A DNA stretch of 64,000 nucleotides from an uncultured Actinomycetes bacterium (GTDB lineage: Bacteria > Actinomycetota > Thermoleophilia > UBA2241), in the NCBI GenBank assembly GCA_963755025.1, contig CAVWIH010000020.1, positions 100,699 to 164,698 of the forward strand, read 5' to 3'. Shown here in pieces: positions 19,168-27,029 of the stretch. How positions within the stretch are numbered: the stretch's first letter is position 1; every line of letters begins with the position of its first letter. Position numbers and translations under genes: made by a program. The notes under the pieces were generated by a model. That model searched no databases. It was not told the origin of the DNA and was given only the letters and a program-made list of their open reading frames with translations.

Positions 19168-21804
19168 TCAGCGGCCCCGACCCCGGCCTGCCGGGCGCTG
19201 GGTGAGGGGCCGGCCCTCGGACGGGCCGAACAGGCGGTCGAGCACGCGCCAGTGCCAGACCGCGCGCACCGTGAAGCCCCACGACACGGCGATGACGATC
19301 AGCAGGATCTGCTGCAGCACGCCGATCGGCTGCATGGCGAACAGGTGGCGTCCGCCGGCGCTCGAGACGATCACCAGGTAGGCGACGAACAGCACCGCCG
19401 CCATGATCGTGGGGCGGCGGTCGCCGCGCAGGCGGGCGCCGCCCACCCAGCGCATGCTGGGCGGCACGGCGAAGGGCAGCAGCAAGATGCCGCAGAGCAC
19501 GGCCAGGGCGGTCGTCGCCGTCTGCGCCTTGGGCAGGGCGGCCTGCACCGCCTGCGCGGCGGTGGCGCCGTGGTGGGCGAGCAGGTAGCTGTGCTTGCCG
19601 GTCTTGAAGTAGAGCGTGTAGACGGCCAGCTCAAAGGCGGCCAGCAGGATGGTGGCCGGCACGGCGAAGCGCGCCAGCGGGCGGTAGATGCGCCCCTTGA
19701 TCGTCTGGCCCGACTGCGCCCAGACGATGAGGCCGATCGTGGGCACGGTGGCGGTGAGGTACGACAGCAGGGCGGACTGGCGCGGCGAGAAGGCGAAGCC
19801 GCCGATCAGCGCCACGAACGGTATGACGAGCGCCCGCGAGAAGATGCGCACCGCGAAGATGTTGAGGATGTCCTGCATGCCGTTGCGAATGCGCTGACCC
19901 TCGCGGAACGCCGACGGCAGCACGCCGAACGAGTCGTTCATGAGCACGAGGTCGGCTACGCCGCGGGCGGCCGGGCTGCCGCTCTCCATGGCGATGCCCA
20001 GGTCGGCGCGCTTGAGGGCGATCACGTCGTTCACGCCGTCGCCGATCATGGCCACGTAGCGGCCGCGCCGGTGCAGAGCCTCGGTCAGGGCCTCCTTTTG
20101 TTGGGGAGAGACCCGGCCGAAGACCGTGCCGTCGGCGGCCGCCGCGGCGAACTCGCGGTCGTCGAAGCGGGCGAGCTCGGCGCCCGAATAGGCGGTCAGC
20201 TCGCCGCCCAGACCCGCCTGGGTGGCCAGCGCCGCCACGGTGCGCGGGTCGTCGCCCGAGATCACCTTCACCTCGATGCCGGCGGCGGCGAACTCGGCGA
20301 GGGTCTCGGCCACCCTGGGGCGCAGCTCGTCGGCGAGACTCAGCAGGCCGAGCGGCACGAGACCGGCGGGCAGCTCGGGCGGGCGTCCGGCGGGGGCGGC
20401 GGTCGCGGTGCTCGCACCGGCGCCGGCGACGGGTGCGGCCGCGTCCGGCGCAAAGCGCACCGTCGGGCGCGCGCCGGCCAGCAGCAGCACGCGCAGGCCG
20501 GCCGCCGACCACTCGGCCTGGCGCTCGCCGAGCTCCGCACCGGCCCGCAGGCGCGGAGCCAGCACCTCGGGCGCGCCCAGCACGAGCGTGGCCCAAGGCA
20601 TGGCGTCGCCGGCAAAGGCGAGGCCGCTCCACTTGCGGGCCGACGAGAAGGCGGCCTCGTCGGCGACCGGCAGGGCGCGCGCCGGCAGGGCGGCGGCGAG
20701 CGCCTCGATGGTGCGGTTGGGCACGGCGGTGCTGGCCGCGTAGGCGGCCAGGAGGAGCTCGAGCTCGTCGCGCGTCACTTCGAGCGGTTCGAGGTCGCTC
20801 AGGCGGATGACGTTGGTGGTGAGCGTGCCGGTCTTGTCGGTGCACAGCACGTCGACGTTCGACAGCGACTCGACCGCGTTCGATTCCTGGATGAGCGCGC
20901 CCTTGCCGGCCATGCGCACGGCGCCCAGGGCGTAGGCCAGCACGATGGCGAGGATGAGGCTGTTGGGCACCAGGCCGACGATCACGGTCGCCGCCTGGAT
21001 GGTCTCGACCCACGGCAGGTGCTGACTGAAGTGCTGAGTGACGACCAGCGCGCAAAAGGCGAGCGCGATGACGAGCAGGATCCACACCAGCACGTTGGCC
21101 TGATGCTGCAGCGGCGTGAGAAAGCGGCGGTGCGACTGCGCCGTGGCGGTCACCTTGTTGGCGAAGCTCTGGGCGCCCACGGTCTCGGCCTCGTAGTAGC
21201 CGCCGCCGGCTACGCAGAAGCTGCCCGAGAGCACAGCGTCGCCGGCGCGCTTGACGACGAGGTCGGACTCGCCGGTGAGCAGCGACTCGTCGATCTCGAG
21301 GTAACCGCGACCGACCACGTGGCCATCGACCACGATCTGGTCGCCGGACTGGGCGCGGATGATGTCGCCCACGACGAGCTCGGCGGGATCGACCTCGCGC
21401 TCCACGCCGTCGCGCAGCACCACGGCGTGCGGTCTGGTCAGGATCGCGATGCGGTCGAGCGTGCGCTTGGCGCGCACCTCCTGGTAGAGGCTGATCACGG
21501 TGTTGGCGGCGACGACGCCCACCGACAGCAGCGCGTCGAGGTAGTGGCGGAACGCGATGAGCACCGCGGCCAGCACGAAGAGGATGTTGTTGATGAAGTT
21601 GAAGACGTTGTCGCGCACGATCTGGCGATACGTGCGCCCGGCGGTCGCCGGCACCTCGTTGCCGTCGCCGGCCGCGCGCCGCCGCGCGGCTTCGGCCTCG
21701 GTAAGGCCGGTCAGGCCGCCGAGTCCGGCGACCGGCTCGGCGGGCTGTCGCTCGTGGGTGGGGATGATCGGCTCCTTGGCGGGGCGACGAGAGACTCGCG
21801 TCAT
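19168..21804 (-). CDS. P-type cation-transporting ATPase (CtpE-like); start uncertain
   Basis: DESLLTGES, DKTGTLT, VISGDDPRTV, FGRVSPQQK, MIGDGVND. Confidence 0.92.
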   Translation of the reverse strand: MTRVSRRPAKEPIIPTHERQPAEPVAGLGGLTGLTEAEAARRRAAGDGNEVPATAGRTYRQIVRDNVFNFINNILFVLAAVLIAFRHYLDALLSVGVVAANTVISLYQEVRAKRTLDRIAILTRPHAVVLRDGVEREVDPAELVVGDIIRAQSGDQIVVDGHVVGRGYLEIDESLLTGESDLVVKRAGDAVLSGSFCVAGGGYYEAETVGAQSFANKVTATAQSHRRFLTPLQHQANVLVWILLVIALAFCALVVTQHFSQHLPWVETIQAATVIVGLVPNSLILAIVLAYALGAVRMAGKGALIQESNAVESLSNVDVLCTDKTGTLTTNVIRLSDLEPLEVTRDELELLLAAYAASTAVPNRTIEALAAALPARALPVADEAAFSSARKWSGLAFAGDAMPWATLVLGAPEVLAPRLRAGAELGERQAEWSAAGLRVLLLAGARPTVRFAPDAAAPVAGAGASTATAAPAGRPPELPAGLVPLGLLSLADELRPRVAETLAEFAAAGIEVKVISGDDPRTVAALATQAGLGGELTAYSGAELARFDDREFAAAAADGTVFGRVSPQQKEALTEALHRRGRYVAMIGDGVNDVIALKRADLGIAMESGSPAARGVADLVLMNDSFGVLPSAFREGQRIRNGMQDILNIFAVRIFSRALVIPFVALIGGFAFSPRQSALLSYLTATVPTIGLIVWAQSGQTIKGRIYRPLARFAVPATILLAAFELAVYTLYFKTGKHSYLLAHHGATAAQAVQAALPKAQTATTALAVLCGILLLPFAVPPSMRWVGGARLRGDRRPTIMAAVLFVAYLVIVSSAGGRHLFAMQPIGVLQQILLIVIAVSWGFTVRAVWHWRVLDRLFGPSEGRPLTQRPAGRGRGR

Positions 21805-21846
21805 CGTACCACCGGGCCCTGCGCGAGGCTGGGCGCCGTCTGCGAG

Positions 21847-21895
21847 AACCGCGACGGGGGCCGGTCCTGGCACAGGACCGGCCCCCGTCGCGGTT
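21847..21895. terminator. Perfect 23-bp-stem hairpin downstream of the YHS gene
   Basis: AACCGCGACGGGGGCCGGTCCTG-GCA-CAGGACCGGCCCCCGTCGCGGTT. Confidence 0.65.
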
Positions 21896-22011
21896 GGGCG
21901 GCCGGCGCCCAGCCGGCCGCGGCCCCTTTGTTCGTCTGCGGTCCGCGGCGCGGCCTCTCGGCTCGCCGCGGCCACTCGGTCCGCCGCAGCCTCTTAGGGC
22001 GGCGCCGGCTC

Positions 22012-22179
22012 TCAGCTCGCCGCGGAGAGCTCCTCAGGGTGGGCGAAGCGTTCGGGGTCGTCGTCGAACTCGACCTTGCAGCCGGTGCTGCAGAAATAGT
22101 AGGTCCTGCCTTCGTACTCGGACGTGCCCTTGGCGTCGTGCTCGTCGACCGTCATCAGGCAGACAGGGTCGGTGGCCAT
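22012..22179 (-). CDS. YHS-domain protein (55 aa)
   Basis: Manual translation, below the ORF track cutoff: MATDPVCLMTVDEHDAKGTSEYEGRTYYFCSTGCKVEFDDDPERFAHPEELSAAS; AAGGAGG RBS. Confidence 0.92.
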   Translation of the reverse strand: MATDPVCLMTVDEHDAKGTSEYEGRTYYFCSTGCKVEFDDDPERFAHPEELSAAS

Positions 22180-22343
22180 TGCGGGGGACCTCCTTTACGG
22201 CCGATTCGGCCGATGCTGGTTGTCGGGTCGGATCGTCACGTGAGCGCGGCGCCCCGGTCGTGCGACCGTCGCGCCGCGTATGTGGAGTGTGTTCCCGCTC
22301 GCGCGTCAGTGACTCACCCGGAGGGGCCGGCCTTGGGCCGCCG

Positions 22344-22388
22344 GCACGACGAGGGGGCGGGCCCTGCGGGCCCGCCCCCTCGTCGTGC
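22344..22388. terminator. Hairpin downstream of recR
   Basis: GCACGACGAGGGGGCGGGCCC-TGC-GGGCCCGCCCCCTCGTCGTGC perfect stem. Confidence 0.65.
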
Positions 22389-22497
22389 TCTGCGTCTGGC
22401 TGGTAGCTTTGTCAGTCTAGCGCGCCCGCGCGGCGCCGCTGCGTGCGCCGTGGGCCCGCGAGCCGCTCAGGCGGCCCGCGCCGTCGGCGCAGAGAGC

Positions 22498-23100
22498 TCA
22501 AGGCGCGTCGTGGCGCATCTCGTGACGTCCGGTGAAGGCCCGGCCGAGGGTGAGCTCGTCGGCGTACTCGAGGTCGCCGCCTACCGGCAGGCCGCTCGCC
22601 AGGCGCGACACGCGCACCCGCGGCGGCAGCAGGTCGGCGATGTAGAGTGCCGTCGCCTCGCCGGTCATGGTCGGGTTGGTGGCGACGATCACCTCGGTCA
22701 CGCCCGCAGCGACACGATCGACGAGCTCGGCCACGTGCAGGTCGGCCGGATCGACGCCGTCGAGCGGCGACAGCGCGCCGCCGAGCACGTGGTACAGGCC
22801 GCGGTACTCGCGTGTGCGCTCGATGGGGATGATGTCGGCCGGCTGCTCGACCACGCAGAGCAGCGAGGGGTCGCGGCGCGTGTCGGAACAGATCGTGCAC
22901 AGGTCGCCTTCGGCTAAGTTGAAGCAGCGCTTGCAGAAGCCGATCTTCTCTTTGACCTCGACGATGGCCGTGGCCAGGGGCAGGATCTCGCCCGGCTTGA
23001 CCTTCAGCATGTAGAAGGCGAGTCGCTGCGCTGTGCGCGGGCCGATGCCGGGGAGCTTGGAGAGCTCGGTGATCAGGCGTTCGACCGAGGGTGAGTACAC
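22498..23100 (-). CDS. recR: Recombination mediator RecR
   Basis: LPGIGPRTAQRL, C4 zinc finger, YHVLGGALSP, ATNPTMTGEATA, LEYADELTL. Confidence 0.97.
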   Translation of the reverse strand: MYSPSVERLITELSKLPGIGPRTAQRLAFYMLKVKPGEILPLATAIVEVKEKIGFCKRCFNLAEGDLCTICSDTRRDPSLLCVVEQPADIIPIERTREYRGLYHVLGGALSPLDGVDPADLHVAELVDRVAAGVTEVIVATNPTMTGEATALYIADLLPPRVRVSRLASGLPVGGDLEYADELTLGRAFTGRHEMRHDAP

Positions 23101-23105
23101 AGAGA

Positions 23106-23429
23106 TCAGAACAGACCGGGGATGTTCGGCAGATCGACGCCGGCGGTGGCGCCGCCGAGCTTCTGCTGCGCGAGCGCCTGGGCGGCGCGCAGGGCTTCGT
23201 TGGTGGCGGCGGTGACCAGGTCCTGCAGCATCTCGACGTCGTCGGGGTCGACGGCGCCCGGGTCGATGCGGACCTCGCGCACCTCGAGCGCGCCCGTGAC
23301 CACGACCGTGACGGCGCCGCCGCCGGCGCTGGCCTCGACGGTCTCGAGGGCAAGCTCTTCTTGCGCCTTGGCCATCTTCTTCTGCATGTCCTGCACCTGC
23401 TTGAGCATCTTCTGGTACTGCGGGTTCAT
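23106..23429 (-). CDS. ybaB: YbaB/EbfC nucleoid-associated protein
   Basis: QVQDMQKKM...ASAGGGAV...[15 protein letters not shown]; sits between dnaX and recR. Confidence 0.96.
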   Translation of the reverse strand: MNPQYQKMLKQVQDMQKKMAKAQEELALETVEASAGGGAVTVVVTGALEVREVRIDPGAVDPDDVEMLQDLVTAATNEALRAAQALAQQKLGGATAGVDLPNIPGLF

Positions 23430-23453
23430 GGACCTGCGTCTCCTTCTGGTCGT

Positions 23454-25301
23454 CTAGTCGTCGTCGGGTAGGTCGCTGGCATCGAGCTCGCGCTTGGCGA
23501 GGGCGATGCGTTGGGCGATGGTCAGGCCGGCGTCGGGCGCCGCTGCTTTGGGCGCGGCCGGTTCGGACGGGGCCTGCTCGAGCTCGAACTTGAGATCCGG
23601 GGCATCGCCGGTGGTGCGGGTGATGATCGCGGTGAGCAGCGCGCGGTTCTCGGGGGTCGAGGCTTTGCCGAACGTGAGGCTCGAGGGCAGCCCCACGACC
23701 AGCCGGTCGCCGTCGGCGCGCACGCGGGCGTCTTTGAGGGCGGCGTACAGGCCGATGTTCTGGGCTTCGGTCTGCTGCAGCACGAGCGCCCAGGCGCGCT
23801 TGACGCGGTCGGCGCCGCCCGCCGTTGGGGCGCCGTCGTCGGTGGCCGGCGGTACGGCCTCGTCGTCGGGACCCGGCGGCACGTCTTGGTCGTCGGGAAC
23901 CGGCGCTACGTTGTGGTCGTCGGCCGGCGGGCTCGACGGATCGGGTGTGGTCGCGGGCGCGCTTGCCGCCGGCGGGCTCGCCGGCCGTGGCGCGGCCGCG
24001 TTGCTGACGGCCTCGGCGAGTCGCGCGGCACGGGCGGCCTGCGCCGGGTCGTGGGGTTGCGCGGGGTGGGTCGCAGGCGCCTGGGCGGGGGCGAACGGCA
24101 CGCTGCCCGACTCGAGCCGCCGTAGCCGTTCTTCGAGGGCGTCGGGCGAATGGTCGACTTCGGGGCGCGCCGCGCGCACCAGCGCCATCTCGAGCTGCAG
24201 GCGCGGGTCGAGGCCGCCGCGGATCTCGGTCTGGGCGCGGCCCAGCAGCTCGATCAGGCGCAGCAGCTCGCGACCCGAGAGCTGGTGGGCCTGACGGGCC
24301 AGGCGGTCGAGCAGCTGCTCGTCGATCTCGAGGTTCTGCGCCAGCGCGAGCATGGTGCCGGGGTCGTCGGAGACGTCGTCCAGGTACTGCACCAGGAAGA
24401 TCTGCCGCAGGTGGCGCAGCAGGTCGTGGATGAACTGCGGGTAGCTCGTGCCGCGCTCGGCCAGGCGCTGCACGAACAGCAGGGCGGCGGCGGGGTCGCG
24501 GTCGATGACGATGTCGATAATCTCGAAGAGCAGCTCAGAGGCGATGACGCCGAGCACGTCGAGCACCTCGCGCGACGTGATGGCGGCCGCGCCGAAGAAC
24601 GTGGTGAGCTTTTCGAGCGTGCCGATGGCGTCGCGAAACCCGCCCTCGGCGTGCCGGGCGATCTCGAGGATGGCGGGCTCGTCAATCTCGATGCTCTCGG
24701 CGGCCGCGACGTGGCTGAGCACCAGGGCGATGTCGTGCACGCGCGGCCGGCGAAAGTCGAAGCGCTGGCAGCGCGACAGGATGGTCGCCGGAATGCGGTG
24801 TGCTTCGGTGGTGGCGAGCACGAAGACGACGTGCGGCGGAGGCTCTTCGAGGGTCTTCAGGAGGGCGTTGAACGCCTCTTTGGTGAGCATGTGGACTTCG
24901 TCGATGATGTAGACCTTGTAGCGCCCGTTGACCGGCGCGTACCCGACCTTGTCGCGCAGCTCGCGGATGTCGTCGATGCCGCGGTTTGAAGCGGCGTCCA
25001 TCTCGATCACGTCCATGGCGGTCGAGGCGGCGATGGCGCGGCAGCTGTCGCACAGGCCGCAGGGCGTGACGGTGGGCCCGGTGATGCGTTCGGGCAGAGC
25101 GGGATCGCCGGTGCAGTTGAGGGCCTTGGCGAGGATCTTGGCCATGCTCGTCTTGCCCGTGCCACGCGAGCCGGCGAAGACGTAGGCGTGGGCCACCGCG
25201 TCGCTGCTCACGGCGTTGCGCAGGGTCTGCGAAACGTGATCCTGGCCGACGATCTCGGCGAAGGTCTGGGGCCGGTACTTGCGGTAGAGGGAGAGCTCCA
25301 T
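23454..25301 (-). CDS. dnaX: DNA polymerase III subunit gamma/tau
   Basis: LYRKYRPQTF, GSRGTGKTS, EMDAASNRGIDDIR, IIDEVHML, LLKTLEEPP, TILSRCQ. Confidence 0.97.
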   Translation of the reverse strand: MELSLYRKYRPQTFAEIVGQDHVSQTLRNAVSSDAVAHAYVFAGSRGTGKTSMAKILAKALNCTGDPALPERITGPTVTPCGLCDSCRAIAASTAMDVIEMDAASNRGIDDIRELRDKVGYAPVNGRYKVYIIDEVHMLTKEAFNALLKTLEEPPPHVVFVLATTEAHRIPATILSRCQRFDFRRPRVHDIALVLSHVAAAESIEIDEPAILEIARHAEGGFRDAIGTLEKLTTFFGAAAITSREVLDVLGVIASELLFEIIDIVIDRDPAAALLFVQRLAERGTSYPQFIHDLLRHLRQIFLVQYLDDVSDDPGTMLALAQNLEIDEQLLDRLARQAHQLSGRELLRLIELLGRAQTEIRGGLDPRLQLEMALVRAARPEVDHSPDALEERLRRLESGSVPFAPAQAPATHPAQPHDPAQAARAARLAEAVSNAAAPRPASPPAASAPATTPDPSSPPADDHNVAPVPDDQDVPPGPDDEAVPPATDDGAPTAGGADRVKRAWALVLQQTEAQNIGLYAALKDARVRADGDRLVVGLPSSLTFGKASTPENRALLTAIITRTTGDAPDLKFELEQAPSEPAAPKAAAPDAGLTIAQRIALAKRELDASDLPDDD

Positions 25302-25317
25302 GGACGTCCTGTGCGGG

Positions 25318-25454
25318 CTTCGTTACACGCCTGGTGCCGACGATCTGCCTTGTGGTAGTCGCCCAAGCCGGCGCGACTTCGTTGCGCCCCTGGTGACGCC
25401 GACCGGTTTTGTCGTCGACGCCCAGGCTGGCGCGTGTTCGTTACGTGCCTAGTG
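25318..25454. repeat. Degenerate 59-bp tandem repeat (~2.3 units) in the dnaX upstream region
   Basis: TTCGTT(A/G)C-N3-CCT(G/A)GTG recurs at 25319, 25378 and 25437; the two full units align without gaps at 43/59 by manual count. Confidence 0.8.
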
Positions 25455-25537
25455 TACCCTGCGCGGCGCGGGCAGGTGAAGAACCCACCCGCGCTGCGCA
25501 GACGCCTGATGGGCGACGACGCATGAGGTTCGAGAGC

Positions 25538-25807
25538 GGCCGCGCACCCGCCGTCGAAACACGTTCCCCGGACGCCTTTGCCGGGCGCAAGCTCCGGTCA
25601 GGATGACCCACGGCACATGGGAGCGCCTGCTTACCGCTGCTTCCTCCCGGACCTGACGGGGTTCGCAGGTTCCCATTGCGTGGGGCCCGACCATCGACGC
25701 CGCGCGTCGGCCGACTGCTCCACAGAATGGCCCCTCGGGCGGGGATTCAGCCCCGCTGTAGCGGATTGCGGGTACAGGGCACCGCTGGCTCCCCGCCTAG
25801 CGCGGCC
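25538..25807 (-). ncRNA. ffs: Large (Alu-domain) bacterial SRP RNA
   Basis: 5' GGCCGCGCTAGGCGGGGAGCCAGCGGTGCCCTGTACCCGCAATCCGCT (Bacillus scRNA-like Alu domain); helix 8 GTCAGGTCCGGGAGGAAGCAGC; complementary 5'/3' ends; TAGACT -10 upstream; lies upstream of dnaX. Confidence 0.95.
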
Positions 25808-25934
25808 ACGGGGGAGTCTACCCGCGGCTTGGTGGCGAATCAAACGTGGTCGGGCGGCGCGCAGCCGACGCGACGCGTCCGCGAGCGCGGCGCACCGGCG
25901 GCAGCGACTCAGCCGGCGCCCGGCCAGCGCCCGC

Positions 25935-26918
25935 TCACGCCGAGGCGGCGTGCTCCTGGCGGGCGGTCAGGGTCCAGGCGTCGGCGATCGCCGACGCCAC
26001 CGCGGCCGGGTGGGTGATGTGCAGGGCGTGGCCGCCGTTGCCCACCACGATCAGGCGCGAGTCGCGCAAGCGCCGGTGAAAGGCTTGCGACTCGGCGGCC
26101 GGGGCGATGCGGTCGTAAGCGCCGACGACCACCACGAAGGGCACCTCGAGCAGGCGGTACGAGCCGGCCAGCACGTGCAGGTCGGCGGTCGCGCGCTCCA
26201 GGTCTTCGACGGCGTGGCGGAACGGCTCGGGGCGCAGCGCGACGGCCAGCGCGGCGCGAGCGTAGGCGGCCGGCAGGGGCTGCGGGTAGCAGGCGCGGCG
26301 CAGCAGCACGTAGCCCACGGGGTAGGCGGTGGGCACGAGCACAGTCGCCGCCGCCAGGCGCCCGAGCACCGGTACACGCAACACGCGGATGAGCCGCGAG
26401 ATGGGCAGGCGGTAGGGCAGCACGTGGCCGCCGACCGTGACCACGGCGGCCACGTCGTCGGGGTAGAGCTCGGCCCAGGCCACGGCCACGGCCGCGCCCA
26501 GCGAGTAGCCCACGAGCAGGGGGCGCTCCAGGCCGAGCTGCCGCACGGCCCGGTGCAGCAGGTAGGCCTGGCCGATCGGCGTGTGGCCGTCGGCCGGCGG
26601 CGCCTCGCTGTAGCCGTTGCCGGGGCGGTCGAAGGCGATCACGCGGTAGTGCCGCGCCAGGTGCTCGTTCAGCACGATGTCGAAGTCGTGGGTGGAGCCC
26701 AGCAGGCCGTGGATGAGCACCACCGGCGGGCCTGTGCCCGCCTGCGTGTAACGCAGTTCGACGCCGTCGACCACGACGGCGCCGGCGGGGCGCGGGTAGC
26801 GCCGCTGCGCGCGCCGCACCACGAGGCGGGTGAGCAGCGCGGCGGCCACGAGGGGCGCCGCGCCCGCCGCGAGCGCGACGGCGAGGGGGCGGGCCACCGC
26901 TTTGGCATTGGGCTCCAT
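25935..26918 (-). CDS. Alpha/beta-fold hydrolase
   Basis: VVLIHGLLG, FDRPGNGYS, nucleophile elbow GYSLG, GGHALH; N-terminal hydrophobic anchor. Confidence 0.88.
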   Translation of the reverse strand: MEPNAKAVARPLAVALAAGAAPLVAAALLTRLVVRRAQRRYPRPAGAVVVDGVELRYTQAGTGPPVVLIHGLLGSTHDFDIVLNEHLARHYRVIAFDRPGNGYSEAPPADGHTPIGQAYLLHRAVRQLGLERPLLVGYSLGAAVAVAWAELYPDDVAAVVTVGGHVLPYRLPISRLIRVLRVPVLGRLAAATVLVPTAYPVGYVLLRRACYPQPLPAAYARAALAVALRPEPFRHAVEDLERATADLHVLAGSYRLLEVPFVVVVGAYDRIAPAAESQAFHRRLRDSRLIVVGNGGHALHITHPAAVASAIADAWTLTARQEHAASA

Positions 26919-26960
26919 GTCGAGCCTATTGTGCCCACAGCCAACGCCTGAAACGCGCAA

Positions 26961-27002
26961 GGGGGCGGGGCGGCGGGCCGTCAGGCCCGCCGCCCCGCCC
27001 CC
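26961..27002 (-). terminator. Terminator hairpin of the acs/acetate-CoA ligase operon
   Basis: 19-bp GC stem with a 4-nt loop, followed by TTGCGCGTTT on the minus strand. Confidence 0.7.
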
Positions 27003-27029
27003 ACAAGGAGCAGCTCGCGGCGCTGTGCG

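Noticed and set aside
18901-22917. Long antisense ORFs (also 16326..18695, 30113..32995, 54512..58690, 58691..61480)
   Set aside because: Shadow frames opposite well-supported genes, with no recognisable motifs.
23454-25301. Programmed frameshift in dnaX (gamma/tau)
   Set aside because: No A-AAA-AAG slippery site or poly-A run seen.
25318-25454. Mini-CRISPR reading of the 59-bp periodicity
   Set aside because: The would-be spacers are homologous to each other, there are only ~2.3 units and no cas genes; kept as a tandem leader repeat.
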